From Trichosphaerium sp. ATCC 40318 (lineage: Eukaryota; Protista; Tubulinea): a stretch of 64,000 bases of DNA. This document shows, in pieces, positions 38,578 through 51,566 of the stretch; position 1 is the first letter of the stretch; each line of letters begins with the position of its first letter. Under the pieces are notes generated by a model. That model was not told the DNA's origin. It worked only from the letters and a program-made list of their open reading frames with translations, and made no database searches. The DNA lies in contig JALMLS010000183.1 in the NCBI GenBank assembly GCA_038496445.1, positions 73,982-137,981 on the forward strand. The letters are read 5' to 3'. The position numbers and the translations under genes were made by a program.

Positions 38578-40271
38578 ATGAGCGTTGGTGCCGTAGGTAT
38601 TAAAAGAGATTACAGTGTAAGAGAAACAGGTAGTGCAGTAACTGTACCAGATGATCCAGTGGCCAAATTGCTGTACTATCTTGATTGCGCATTCTCCTGC
38701 GTCGCTGAGCAGATGCGAAACGATTTACCAAAATTACAGGATTATTACAAATTAACTCGATCTGAAGTACGCCTATATCCTCTATATGTCTTTATTGGAG
38801 GCAAAGAAAATTCTGTTTGTCGAAGTATTTTTTTTTGAAATCACGTGACACGCTGACTCCCGACTTAAAACAAAATCTTATATTTTGTTAGATCGACACT
38901 GTTATAGAAGTTGCGCGGTACATATCTCCAGATGTACTCTCAGGTATGCATTGAGTTGAGCGTTATTAGTTGTTTCTTACTCTCATTAAATCAGGAAAGA
39001 TATTCCACAAAGTCCCATCGCATAACGAGGTGCTGCGAGGACGTTCGAACAAATTCTATGCCATCACAGAAGACCTTTCGATTTACGGAGGTACAAAAAA
39101 GTGATTTACATTTTATCGGCATTAAACCACAACTAGTTCACGTCAGCAAAGTCGGTGCCATTGAAGTTGGCGGTAAACAAACATCAGTAGTTAGTATTAT
39201 GTTTCATACTACTGGTTGGTTAAACGAGAATTACTACACTCCTCTCAACCTACTAAACAGGTTAAAGAATGAGTTATAGAGCCTTTGTATTTATCTCCTT
39301 ATATAGGCCTCCAGTTGATGTCACAGTGAACATACACACTCCTTTAACACACAGAGCTAGTAGTAGAAGTAGCAATACCTTCCAAGTTGAAGACGACTGG
39401 CACAACCGAAGGCCAAAAGATGAAGGATGTGCTGCATGTTGTAGAGGCTTTTGCTATACCATGTGGGTTGTCATTGTTGTAGTAGCCTTGATTGGCACTA
39501 ATATGTTGCCAATGTACATTCATCAAGAAGGAAACTCGCAATTTCCTTGGTCCAAAGCCCCAGTGCAATCATCAACGCACGTGAAAACCTCAAACTAACA
39601 ATCTTGTGAACCTATGGTTTTTTTTTTCTTAAACTATTGGTAGAAACGCTACATGGGTCGGATACTTCAGTTTCCGATTCCTGCAAGAAGAACCACCCAC
39701 GTTTTTGGACTATTTCCTTTTTCATCCACAGATGGGTACAGTCTACTTTAAATACAAGCCAATAAAGAAAGATGAACAAATACACGTTCGACTGCTGATT
39801 GGTGGTACTGGTGTCATAGCAGGTTCTGGAATGCAGTTACTATGTCTGTTATTCGGTCTGTGTTGTTGCTGTTCTAACAGACGTACGGACGTTTTTATAT
39901 AGTCAAGAATTTGCGTTTAACTGTTTTCATAGGAGGAGGCCTCACACTAGCGTTGTTGGGCTGGATATTCTTTGTTCTTGGACTGTATGTTATTTTTAAG
40001 TGCTATAAAACAAACTGACTTACATTTCACTAGGGGAGTGTGGGCTGCCGCATTTCCTTATACCAGTGACTGGAGCGTGTTTCCGGGAAATGAGTTGATG
40101 AACCATTTGGGCATCGGTACGCCTTTGTTTTTGTTCTCACGTGGACTCAAAAACCTAATTCTAAAAAATGAAATAGGCATGTATTGCGCACTTGGTAATG
40201 TTGGCGTCACATTTCTTTTTATAGTATTCGGATGTTGCTGTTGTCGTCAAAAGAAACGAAGTGCATACTAA
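38578..40271 (+). CDS. Hypothetical membrane protein (soluble N-terminal domain plus Cys-rich multi-TM C-terminus)
   Basis: Spliced ORF from MSVGAVGIKRDYSVRE...DDPVAKLLYYLDC; TM segments flanked by CAACC and CCCC; GC-AG intron 39577-39643. Confidence 0.6.
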
Positions 40272-40939
40272 GTTAATAATAAAACCCACACAACATTTTT
40301 TTGTTTTCTTTCTACCAATTGGTTGATGATAAGGGTTTTTCGAACTACAGAACATGCCAATAGCAGACACTAAAACAAAGCGTTGTGACATCACTTTACC
40401 TGGAGAATCACACTAGTATTTCCCCTTTAGCTCCATTTTTGAGATGGGAAAAAATACAATTGGAAAAGAAGGCCCAGGCACTACATGAGGCACATTAAAA
40501 GATAAGTCGCAATTTTGGTTCTACTAAGAATGTGTCGTATTAGTACAGTTATTTAGCAATTGTTCACATGTGTAGTGTATTCGTTCGTTAAGTGATAAAC
40601 TAATAATGCACATGTCAGCGTATTCGTTCGCTAAGTTATTTCGCAATAACGCACATTGCGCATTCGCCAGCCCTGGAAGATAACTAATATGAATCCTCAT
40701 TAAAAATTTGTCGGTTCGTCGACTTGTTAACAGTTACCAATCTCTACGAGATATCATGTTAGCTACACAATAAGCTCACATAACGTTAGCCATTGGGTAG
40801 GTAACGCAAACTTATTATTGTGGAGATCAATGAAACAGTCTAGTGCAGTACCCAAATAAAAATAGATTTTCTGAACAGTGCACACGTGATATGTGAGTTA
40901 GCAAGCAAACAAATATCAAAACACATCAGATACAACAAC

Positions 40940-42950
40940 ATGAACACGCACTTGGTCATTCTTTTGAGTCTATTAGGGATTTCTCTTTGTCAAATCGTAT
41001 CGTTAAGCAAAGCTGACTCTGGTCTATGTCAGGTACTGTCACAACCACATTAACAAATTCGTCATAGTGTTTTAGCACTAATTTGTTATTAGGCGAACAC
41101 AGGTCTGCCACTTCGTTCTGTACAACAAAATAAGTGCACAACCATTCTTGATGGCTACTATAAGCTTTACTGTCATGGTAGAAAAGTAAACTCGTTTTTG
41201 GGGTTTTCAAAAATACCACGTGGTAGTCTAACTGGTTTTTCACTTTTAGGTAATCGCAAACCGTTACACCACTTCTGATTGTAGCGACACGCCCCGTATT
41301 ACCGTTCAGTATGGAACGTTCTGCATGTACGCCAACAATACTGTGTTTTTCGTTTAACGCCAACAGTAGTGATCACTTTGGAACCAATATTCGTGGTGTC
41401 TGTAAAGGACGTACGCACATCCATTTTTCTTTTGATAGTCGTTAACAGTGTACCTTGTAGACGTAGACGCTAGCCTTCTTCCATCCAATGTCGTAAAACA
41501 GCAACTAGTGAAACGCAGCTCAGAACAATCATGTGACTACGACTTTCTACCATCACTTATTCGTCAGGCCTTTGAGACAACCCCACAAGACGTACAACAA
41601 GATCTGAAGCTGACTATGGTTATTCTAATGCTTATATTTATTAGTGGCCCGCTAACTCTGCTTGTCCGAATACTGGCGGCCAGACCTGTTGTAAGGAATC
41701 TACATTGACGGCTATCAATGCAATATTCTCTACGAGCAGGTTCACCTTGAGTTTCGCTGGTAAGACATTAAAGCTAAACTACAAAGGCTAACAACTTTGC
41801 TACAGTTAATGTAATAGATGCAGCTTTGAGTAAATTGGATACAGCTCTCTCAGCTTTTTTGAAAGCAACATCAGACGGAACTACAATTCCTGGGGGGAGA
41901 GCAATACCATCTGACGTTGGCACATGCGCGAAAGGTACAAATACAACACAATTCTGAACGCATTTTAATAACCTCCTTTGTGACAGATTTCATTCTTGAG
42001 TTTGCTACAGGAAGCGCACAATTGACCTCTAATAGCCTTAAGTGCGTATCAGGATTAACTGCGTTCGCTGTAAGTACCCAAATTGATCATCATGTTGAGT
42101 CCTTACCTTTTCTCTAGGGTGGTGCTCTTTGCTATGCATGTGACTCTGACCCTAGCCGGTTTATATCTCAAGGGAACGTAATTTCTATGGCCACTGCAAC
42201 TTGTACAGATGTTGCTTCTTGTACGTCAACTAGACCACATATAGTCAACAATGCTAATCTACAAGTTAGTGTGTACACCATGGCTTGATGGCTTCCGTGA
42301 TTTGGCTATAAAAATAGGAAATTGTGGACCTGCTATTATTACATTTTTAGATGGCTTAACGTTACCTATCACCGTCAAGAACCTTCTCAAATTGGATGAC
42401 GTAAAAGATGCGCTGCAACCAATCAGTACGCATTCTAGAAAACATGACAAAAAAAAAAGTGAGTTAACAACCAAGTAGTCGATGTTGCAAAGGATATTTG
42501 CTCAAATGAACAGGAATGTTCCAAATTCATATGTGACACAATGATTAACAAACTAGTCCCTTCATTCCCCTTCTTCAAAGATAAGATCGATGCTGGCCTT
42601 CAAAAGCTCAACATCCAAAACCCAAGCGATGGTCTCACAGCAACAATCAGTTTTACAGCTACAGGCACGTGACCGAAATGAATCACCTTCAGAAATGTAC
42701 TAAAGTTTCATTTTTAGGATATGATGCATTTGCAGTGGGTCGTGCGTACTCGGGTGACTTTACTGGAACCGAGCCAGTTCCAGAACTTCCAGTAATAGAC
42801 CTCCCTACGCGTGGCATTGCGCCTGCAAACGCTCCACCAACAGACAATTCTACACCATCAGACGGTTCTACACCATCTCAAACTTCTAGTTGTTCTATTT
42901 TGACAACATCCCTGCTTGCTCTCCTTGTATTGCTCTTCTTTGTACACTAA
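40940..42950 (+). CDS. Secreted Cys-rich, probably GPI-anchored surface protein (folate-receptor/HHIP-N-like Cys spacing, tentative)
   Basis: Signal peptide MNTHLVILLSLLGISLC; GALCYACD, TCTDVAS, CTPW; Pro/Ser/Thr linker; hydrophobic tail SCSILTTSLLALLVLLFFVH. Confidence 0.6.
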
Positions 42951-43515
42951 AGAGGCGTAACAACACATCTTAAACCGTGTTAAAAATACAGGTGAACTTT
43001 CTTATAATGGCGTAATTATTGTGTTCTCTTTTTGTACCCAATTGTACTCTTTATTGCTACGCCAAATTGAAAGGGTTTCTTGTTTGTTTGTGTACACATT
43101 TTTGGAGGCTATAAAGCAAGTTTTTCGGAATATCAGACCTTTTGTCAAAGTTTGCAATTAAATATTTGTTTTGCGTTTACTACTCCAACTTTACGTAATG
43201 CGCACGCGCCACGCCGAATTTGAAATTTCTACACTTGTATCCCTATTATTGCGCGGAAAGAACTCTAAGTATGTCACCGCTCATCGTGCAACGAAACGTT
43301 GGTAGAAATGGAGTTCTTTGGTCGTTTTTTGGAGTAGGTTTTTGGTTGAAAGCAAAAACCACCAGAATAACTACACGCTACTATGTACACACTTTAAATG
43401 TTTTCGGCCTACCGAGCTAAGCCATTTTAGTTTTTTAGTTTAATACTAAATAAATTTGCCATTAACTACAAACTGAATAAGCACCTCTAGCAACTTCATT
43501 GTATTATCATCTTCA

Positions 43516-46500
43516 ATGCAAAGTAGCTCACCATACGCAATGGCGTACTCGTGTGCAGTTATCCTATTTATTACAGTGTTTGCAACTGTCGCAAATGCAA
43601 CACAAAGCTGCCCTGATCATCATACGCTAACAACAGTTACCTGGGACGAAAACAACTTCGCAGCTGGTCTTATTATCAGCGATCAATACGAACAGTCTCA
43701 TCACTTTACTGGCGAATCATTTGGTACGTTTCTTTTTTAGAAGCGTCTAGTTTTTCTTCTTGCAACTATAAACTCAACAAGTAATCCTTAAAAGAGAGAA
43801 AACAACACAACCTAAACGTGGTATTCAAATCCTTCTTGAAGGAGGAAAAAACAAAAAAAAAAAATTGTGTTCGTTTTGCAACAAATTGTTTTCAAACTTT
43901 CCATTTTCAATTTCAGACTTTGGTTTTTTTTAAAAAAGGTTGTTTATTAATTGTTTGTTTTGTATAGACCAAAGTGATCACCCTCTAATGTTGTTCGATT
44001 CTGAAAACCCAACTGGCGGTGACTGGGATCTTGGTACGCCGAATAACCGATATTCAGGCCCTGGTGTCGGAAGCGGTGGTAGGTCTAACAGGTACGCAGT
44101 TTTCCGATTCAAATTGAAATTCCAGCACAAAAGTATCGTCACTGATTAGTTTTTAGAGTCCCCTTGGGAAACTTGCTCATCATATCAGCTGATGGAAGCA
44201 CACAAGATCCAAACGACCACGGTGTACGTACAATCTAATTTTACCTTGAATGTTGCGCAGTTTTTTCACTTTTTTTTCTTATTTTTCTTGTGTTTTAATT
44301 TTTGACTTAGAGCGGTGGTCACTTTAACCTATACTTCGACAAAACCGTAAAGATTCTAACCATGGTTGTTGTTGATGCTGATAAGAACGAAGAGATTGAA
44401 GCCGAATTATACGATAAATCAGGCAACAGAATTACTACAGTTGATGCTGACGATTTGGGTGGTAACAGTGTACAAACATTGGAAATCTACACATCCAACG
44501 TTCGAAGAATGAAAGTCGGAGCCACGAATTCTTTCGGTATTGACACTATCAAATATTGTGTACCAGACTACTGTCAGCTTCGTACCCAAACACAAGGTGG
44601 ATGGGGTAATACCTGTAATGGAAATAACCCTGGATGCTACAGAGATGAGATGTTCGGAAGCTGCTTTGCATCAGGACTTGTTGTTGGTAGCAACTCTGGA
44701 TACACCTTGAAACTCACAAGCGCTGCTGCTGTTAGAAACTTTCTTCCTGCAGGTGGTCCATCAAAGGCACTGTACGTTCAAGTGTAATACATACTGACAA
44801 ACAACTAAATGTCTTCTTACTTAGAACGCAAAACCTTGTGAATCCAAACAACTACAAAAACAATTTGGCCGCACAAACTGTAGCTTTGACGCTCAGTGTA
44901 ACTTTTGATTTGTGTGATTCAGGTTTTGGTGACGATAGCTCCAACTTGGAAGACTCTGTCGTAATAAGCGGAGATTGCGCTGGTATGACAGTCAGGCAAG
45001 TCCTCGACGAAGCCAACGCTGTACTCGGTACGCTTACTTTATGTCAATTGGCTGTAACCTAACTCTTTCACCTCTAGGCGGTGCAGGAACAATGAGTGCA
45101 TCCACTATTAAGGGCTGTGCTGACTTGATAAATAACAATTATGTAGACGGTACAACCAACAACCACGACCTAGACTGTGATGCCCCTACCATCCCACCAA
45201 CGACAATGCCACCAACGACAGCTCCACCAACGACAATGCCTCCTACTACAATGCCTCCAACAACAGCTCCACCAACGACAATGCCACCAACTACATTGCC
45301 ACCTACTACAGCTCCTCCTACGACATTGCCTCCAACAACATTGCCACCAACTACAATGCCACCTACTACAGCTCCTCCTACGACAATGCCTCCTACTACA
45401 TTGCCACCAACTACATTGCCTCCAACAACAGCTCCACCAACGACAATGCCACCAACTACAGCTCCACCAACGACAATGCCTCCTACTACAATGCCTCCAA
45501 CAACAGCTCCACCAACGACAATGCCACCTACTACATTGCCACCTACTACAGCTCCTCCTACGACATTGCCTCCAACAACATTGCCTCCTACTACATTGCC
45601 TCCTACTACAGCTCCTCCAACGACAATGCCACCAACTACAATGCCTCCAACAACAGCTCCTCCTACGACAATACCGCCAACAACATTGCCGCCTACGACA
45701 TTGCCTCCAACTACAATGCCACCTACTACAGCTCCTCCTACGACATTGCCGCCAACAACATTGCCACCTACTACATTGCCTCCTACTACAGCTCCTCCTA
45801 CGACAATGCCTCCAACAACACTACCACCTACGACATTGCCTCCAACAACAACGGCACCAACTACTGTACCTACAGATGCACCTACTGTATCACCAACAGT
45901 ACCAAGCACATGTCCAAATGGATCGATAGCTGTGATGATCACATTTGATGATCTGAATCGCGTCGCTGGAGACATTGTTACAGATCAGTACTCTCCAAAC
46001 TTTCTGACATTTGTATCAACCGGCTCAGACCAACTGATAGTCGAGGATTCAAGCAATCCACAACTCAGCCCTAACTTTGCAACACCTGGCTTCGGACCAA
46101 ACAACGGGTACGTATTCGTAGTGTTTATTCTTTTTTGCCTATATTCTGACTGCCCTGTAGTGTTGGCCTCAACAATGTTCTCACTTTGACCAACGCTGGT
46201 TCAGCCAGTACAGGATCATACCAACTCAGATTTTCAGAACCAGTGCTATTCCAAGCCATCTCTGTTATTGATATTGATCTTGAACAAACGTGGACAATTT
46301 CCTTCTTTGACAGCGACGATACCATTATTGCGACCATCCCTGCTCTAGAATTTGGTGAAAACAGCTTCCAGCGTATTGAACTTTTCAACGCTGTTAATGT
46401 GTCCTATGCCATAATAGAGACTGACGGACTGCACGCCATTGACAACATTCGTTACTGCACTGGCGTTCCGAACATAATACCTAACCCACCTAGTCCTGGT

Positions 46501-46722
46501 GGCGGTATCCCACCAGCTGTTTTCATTGGAGCTGGTATTGCTGCAGCAGTCCTAGTTGTATTGACAGTTGTTGCTGTCTTCTTCCTTGTCCCTGCGTCAC
46601 CAGCGCCAATTGCTGGATTTAGTAATCCTGCTGGTGTACTAGCCGGTGCCAACACAAATGCAGTCTACGCCCCAGCAGGTAATTCCGGAAATCCTGCAAC
46701 ATATGTTCCTCCTGGAGTATAA
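43516..46722 (+). CDS. Type I membrane mucin-like surface protein: two related globular domains, a TQGGWG domain, PPTT repeat stalk, TM, short tail
   Basis: Signal peptide; exons join in frame; TM AVFIGAGIAAAVLVVLTVVAVFFLV; tail NTNAVY...GNPATY. Confidence 0.85.
45184..45860 (+). repeat. Coding minisatellite, 15-bp unit encoding PPTT[M/A/L]
   Basis: Dozens of tandem CC(A/T)CC(A/T)AC(N)ACA-NNN units; 240-bp higher-order duplication visible. Confidence 0.95.
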
Positions 46723-47711
46723 ATAACATGCTGCCCTTTCGAAAAAAAAAGAATGTACTATAAAGAATGTGACATGCTAATAAATAAACACAGTTTCTTT
46801 TGGTCATGTGCTACTTTAGATGTTAGATAACTTACCATTGAGCAGTATTTAATTGTCCGCAAACATCACAAGCTTGCGAAAGAAAATAGGACAAAGGAGT
46901 TTGTTCGTTGTTCACTCTGAGTATTATGTAATAACTGAATACCACAAAACCACTTGGTTTCAATTCTCGCAAACCTTGAGTAAGCTATGATTTGTGCAAT
47001 ACAAACAAACTGTAGCTCCAGAAAATAACTACCACGGACCTTTTTACAATGGAAAACTCCTGTACAATAATTGTACTCGAACCGGCTTTAGTTGAACTCC
47101 TTAAAATGTTGCATACTAACCGCCATCAATACAACTAATAAAATTTCAGTTGTGCACCTCTACAACACCACAAAAATATACAGAACTTCCATAGTGCGCG
47201 CTAACCTATATTGTACCCTTGGACGATGCTGAGTGAGGCTACAAAGCTATAATTTACTGAGTTCTCTCTTTGTTTACTTAAAAAACAAGGCTTTTGCCTC
47301 CGTTCGTATTAGCACTACACCGGCTGACATGCGATATGTAGTGTGGGTGCTCTTAATGTGGAAAATTAAGTTACTGTTTCGATAGCGCGACATACACAAA
47401 AGATCATTAAGCGACAGACAAACAGGCACTACAACAATCACGTGACGGCGCTGTAAAAGTTTGGTATGTTTAAAAACGATATCTATCGCGAATTGGCATC
47501 GACAGGAACCAAAAAGCCGAAACGACAACTAGAAAACCCGTACGTAGGTCACCCTGCCATCGAAAAAAATTTTAATCAAAAACTGCGTTTTTAATTGAGC
47601 ATAAACTGAAAAAAACAATGGCTAGTAGTTTTCAGCTAACGATACGGATTCTGTGCGCTGAACGCAATAAATAGCAAATAATAAAGGGATTCGTATCTTT
47701 TTTTAAATTGT

Positions 47712-48431
47712 TTGTTTTTTCTTCACTTTGTTTTTTGGTCTTCTTTCTTTCTAATTTCGTTCTACAGACTCGTATGTCTCCCTGCGGATATCCAACTTGC
47801 GATCATACATACCGATTTTGAAATAAATAAAAAATGGGCTCTTCTTTGTTATGGCACAGCGACGAGCACAAGGTTTAACGCTAAATTGGATAAATATGGC
47901 ACATGGGAGGCACGTGATAAACGTGGAAGACTAAGACGCCGTGTGCACTTTAATTCGGTTGGATTGAAAGAAGGAACATACAAAAGTTGGCACAGAAAGG
48001 GAACGCTTAAAGTGTGGGCTAGGTATCACCTAGGACAAAAACGGGGGAAATATGAAAGTTTTTACAGCAATACAAATCGAGAAATACTATCTCACTACAA
48101 GTACAACGTCAAACATGGTCCTTACAAGACATTCTTTCGGAATGGTGATCCCATGGTAGAGTGTAATTACTATAAGGGCAGGTTTCATGGCCAATATAGG
48201 CAATGGAATAAGGAAGGACACTTGATTGGCTATATTGAATTCAAAAGAGGTAAAAGACACGGTTTGTATAAAAGATGGGAAAATGGAATTTTAACAGCAC
48301 ATGCCTTATATGAACGTGGCGTCCTTGTTCGTGATAGAGCTATGAAGAAAAGTGCTGGTCAATCAATGGCTAATATTAGTCCGAGGGAATTTAGGAGGTA
48401 TGGTTACAGGACATCACTACGACACACGTAG
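47712..48431 (+). CDS. MORN-variant repeat protein with N-terminal F-box-like motif (first exon uncertain)
   Basis: LVCLPADIQLAII; repeats KEGTYKSWHRKG, KHGPYKTFFRNG, FHGQYRQWNKEG, RHGLYKRWENG. Confidence 0.7.
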   Translation: MFFLHFVFWSSFFLISFYRLVCLPADIQLAIIHTDFEINKKWALLCYGTATSTRFNAKLDKYGTWEARDKRGRLRRRVHFNSVGLKEGTYKSWHRKGTLKVWARYHLGQKRGKYESFYSNTNREILSHYKYNVKHGPYKTFFRNGDPMVECNYYKGRFHGQYRQWNKEGHLIGYIEFKRGKRHGLYKRWENGILTAHALYERGVLVRDRAMKKSAGQSMANISPREFRRYGYRTSLRHT

Positions 48432-48701
48432 TCATTAGGCGTTTTTTATGGCTGTACAAATGTAAATAAAAAAAGTGTGAATTTCGAGACTAGGAACTGG
48501 CACTCCGCTGAGCTACACCATCAAATGCACAGATCGAAAGGCCCTTATAATTTGGTCATTCTGATTAATTACTGCCTAGTTAATGAAGTATTTGTGCACC
48601 GTTATGGCGCCCTATTTGCAGTCTGTGCTTAAACATTGTTGAACAGTGTGGACTCTAAAACATCTTCTCATTCATTTTATTGGAGGCAAGGAGTTTCAGT
48701 A

Positions 48702-50644
48702 ATGGCGGCACTCAGTGACCTCGAGCCAATGCGGATACGCGACCTTGTCGACTACATAACAAGCGTTGAAGCTACACGTACGTTTTGGTTTTTTCAGTTC
48801 AGGTTCTTTCATCGCATCCACACCAAACGGTTTTATCAATCCCTGCGAGCTTTGGTTTTTAAACAAACTACATTTCTGCAAATGGTGTTTTTCTCCCTGA
48901 CGTCCCCCTTTTCATTACCCAGCTATCCACCGTGTAACTCTCTATGCGTAGCCGAGTGTAGGCAAGCTGTTGTTCTAACTATGGATTATTACACAACCAA
49001 ACATAGGCTCCTGTCCAAGGTGTTCGACGGGTATGCGCACGTGTTTATTTCATGGGCTTCCAAACTTATTTTTGTTTGCGAGACATTTTGTAATTGGTTA
49101 AATAGATTCCTTAATACCGGAGACGCAAAGAAACGTGATTTACTCCTAGAATTTTTATTCGCATGGTGGCATACACGCCGACGTGAACTTAAAAACGACA
49201 CCAAATTTACAGACCGTATTAAAGCTTTTGCAGCAGAACTGCTGGAACGTGAAGACGTGCAAGAATATGGCATGAGAGTAACCAGACAGGTACGATACAC
49301 CCGCAGCATCGTATTCGTTTTGAGCGATTGTTCCATTTGTGTGGAAAATCAATAAAACATCACGTGATTTTCACGTGATCATAAAAAATAATCTAACATA
49401 TTTTAGATGATCACTGCTCCTTTAAAAAGGTTTGGTAGTAAAAACACAAGGCTTCAGAGGCGAGTTGTCGCCGTCAAAGTGACCGATTCTTTGCGAAGTA
49501 TTCAACAAAAAAAAATTGGTTTGGATTATTGAAGTTTACAAATATTTTAGTTTCACGCTTCACGTGGCGAAATTTGAACGCAGAAAGACTTGCAATGTAC
49601 CTCACAATGGTTGATCAGGAACTCACAAATGATATAAGAAACGCAGACTTGCTACAAGGGTATAAAATTGTCTTACAATTGAATTGTACTTGCTTATAAC
49701 CTGGTTAGACGCTGGAACCTAAAAAAAGGCCACAATGTAAAAGCATCGGCAGTGCGTGTTCACAGGCTAATAGACTGGTCCAACATGGTACAACGTGCAA
49801 TATTCATTGATTAGCAGTAAATATTTATTGTGTTTTAGATAGGAGATTGGGTGGCTACAGTTATTTGTATGGCTCCAAAAACAAAACAAAGAGCTTTTGC
49901 AATCTCGTACTTTGTTCGGGTTTTAAAAGTACGTAGCATACGATATACAATATAAATAATCCCTTACGGTCGATTAGCACTTGCGACACTTCAATAGCTT
50001 TAATTGTTTGTTTGTGGTGTGGTCTGCATTATCTAGCTTAGCCGTACAATTCCTAAGAAGGTGTGTTCCTATTTTTCAATCGCTTTTACTGATATCTCTC
50101 AGAGAATGGAAAGAGCTCTCTTCAGAACTACGTGATGTCTGGGACGCCGTGAATGTGGTACTGAGCATGTCCGGTAACTTTCAAAACTACAGAGATACTA
50201 TTGATGCAGCGCAACCTCCTGCCATACCATACCTAGGTACACATTCACTTGGCATAAATCCATCATTTCTAACAATTTACTTTAGGATTGCTACTACAAG
50301 ATATCATACACGCGGAAACCGATGAAACATTTGTAACGCAGCCATCAGAATGTAGGCGATCAAAGTACCGCAAACGTATTAATTTGAGCAAAATGAGCAC
50401 TATTGCCACAACGTTGAGTACAAGGGAAAAGAGTCTGGATGACTACCGATGGCTTACAGACCTATCACCAATTACTGGATCGTACTTTCTTCACTTGAAC
50501 AATCACGAGGAGGTACTTGGTACTGAGGCTCTAAAACAAAGAGTAAAATCATTACCAAAGGAGTCAGTATCTAAAAGACAAGCACACAGAATAAGACGCA
50601 CGTGGAGTTTATCACGTGTCAAAAAGCATAAAGTGTACACGTGA
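48702..50644 (+). CDS. Ras guanine-nucleotide exchange factor (REM plus CDC25 domain)
   Basis: WVATVI, HFNSFNCLFVVWSALSS, GNFQNYRDTI...PPAIPYLG|LLLQDIIHAE, INLSKM. Confidence 0.85.
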
Positions 50645-51566
50645 ATTCACCAATGTAATAAATTAATATGTAAAATAACAATACGAGCAACGAAGCAACT
50701 TGATTATGAGAACATGCTCTATGAATCTGCAATTACGGTTTGGTAACCCACAACAATGTGTACACCAACAAGAAGGATGGAAAAGGATCGATACTGGTAA
50801 TCTGTAAGTTATCGGGTTTTAGTGCTACTTTTTGCAAGATTTTTTATCTGTGGCGTTAATAACGTCGTAGAGGATGTCCACCAAAGCTATAATGAAGTTT
50901 TGCGTACAACCAAACCAAGAATTCTACACGAGTGCCGAAAATCTAAATTATGTCGCTATTCCATCTATTACGCCTCCCAGCACTCTAGATAATCTCTCGA
51001 GAGTTTCTCAGCGAATTTCAAGCCCAAGGAGTATAAACCGCGATATGGAGCCCAAAACTAAGTACCTCATTGTCGTGACGTATGGCAGTCTTTCTTTATA
51101 TGTGTTGTCGTCACTTTCGGAATTATTTAAGCGCATGTATTCCCGTTTAGTTCGGTCTTTTCCTTTTTAACCGCCCCCGTTGCATCAAGCAGACAGCAAA
51201 TATAAAAAAGAAACAAAGAATTCGCGCGTTAGCTTATTGTATGACAACCGAATGATACCACTACATAAACTGCGTAAAGCTAAAACTGAATTCGATTTCG
51301 TTGCAGCCAAGTGTGTAAGCATGCGTTTTTAAAGAGTATTTTGCATTCTTCTCTCGTTTAATATACCCAATAAGTAACACAAATTAATTGAAAAATTTAT
51401 AGGTGATTTGTTGCGCACGGATACCCCTTTCAGAGGTCAACTCTCACATTTGTAGCGCGTCGGTAATTATTTATTTTTATTTTTTGAAAAACAAACGCAT
51501 TGGCTGCTCAAAAGCACATCAACGCCTTTCAATTATTCGCCGTAACTCAGGTAGATTGCGCGCAAG

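Noticed and set aside
40956-41363. 135-aa minus-strand ORF
   Set aside because: Antisense to the spliced plus-strand gene starting at 40940 with a clear signal peptide
45139-45975. Long antisense (VVGG) and alternate-frame (Q/C/H/L) ORFs over the PPTT repeat
   Set aside because: By-products of a stop-free 15-bp coding repeat; only the PPTT frame joins the flanking domains
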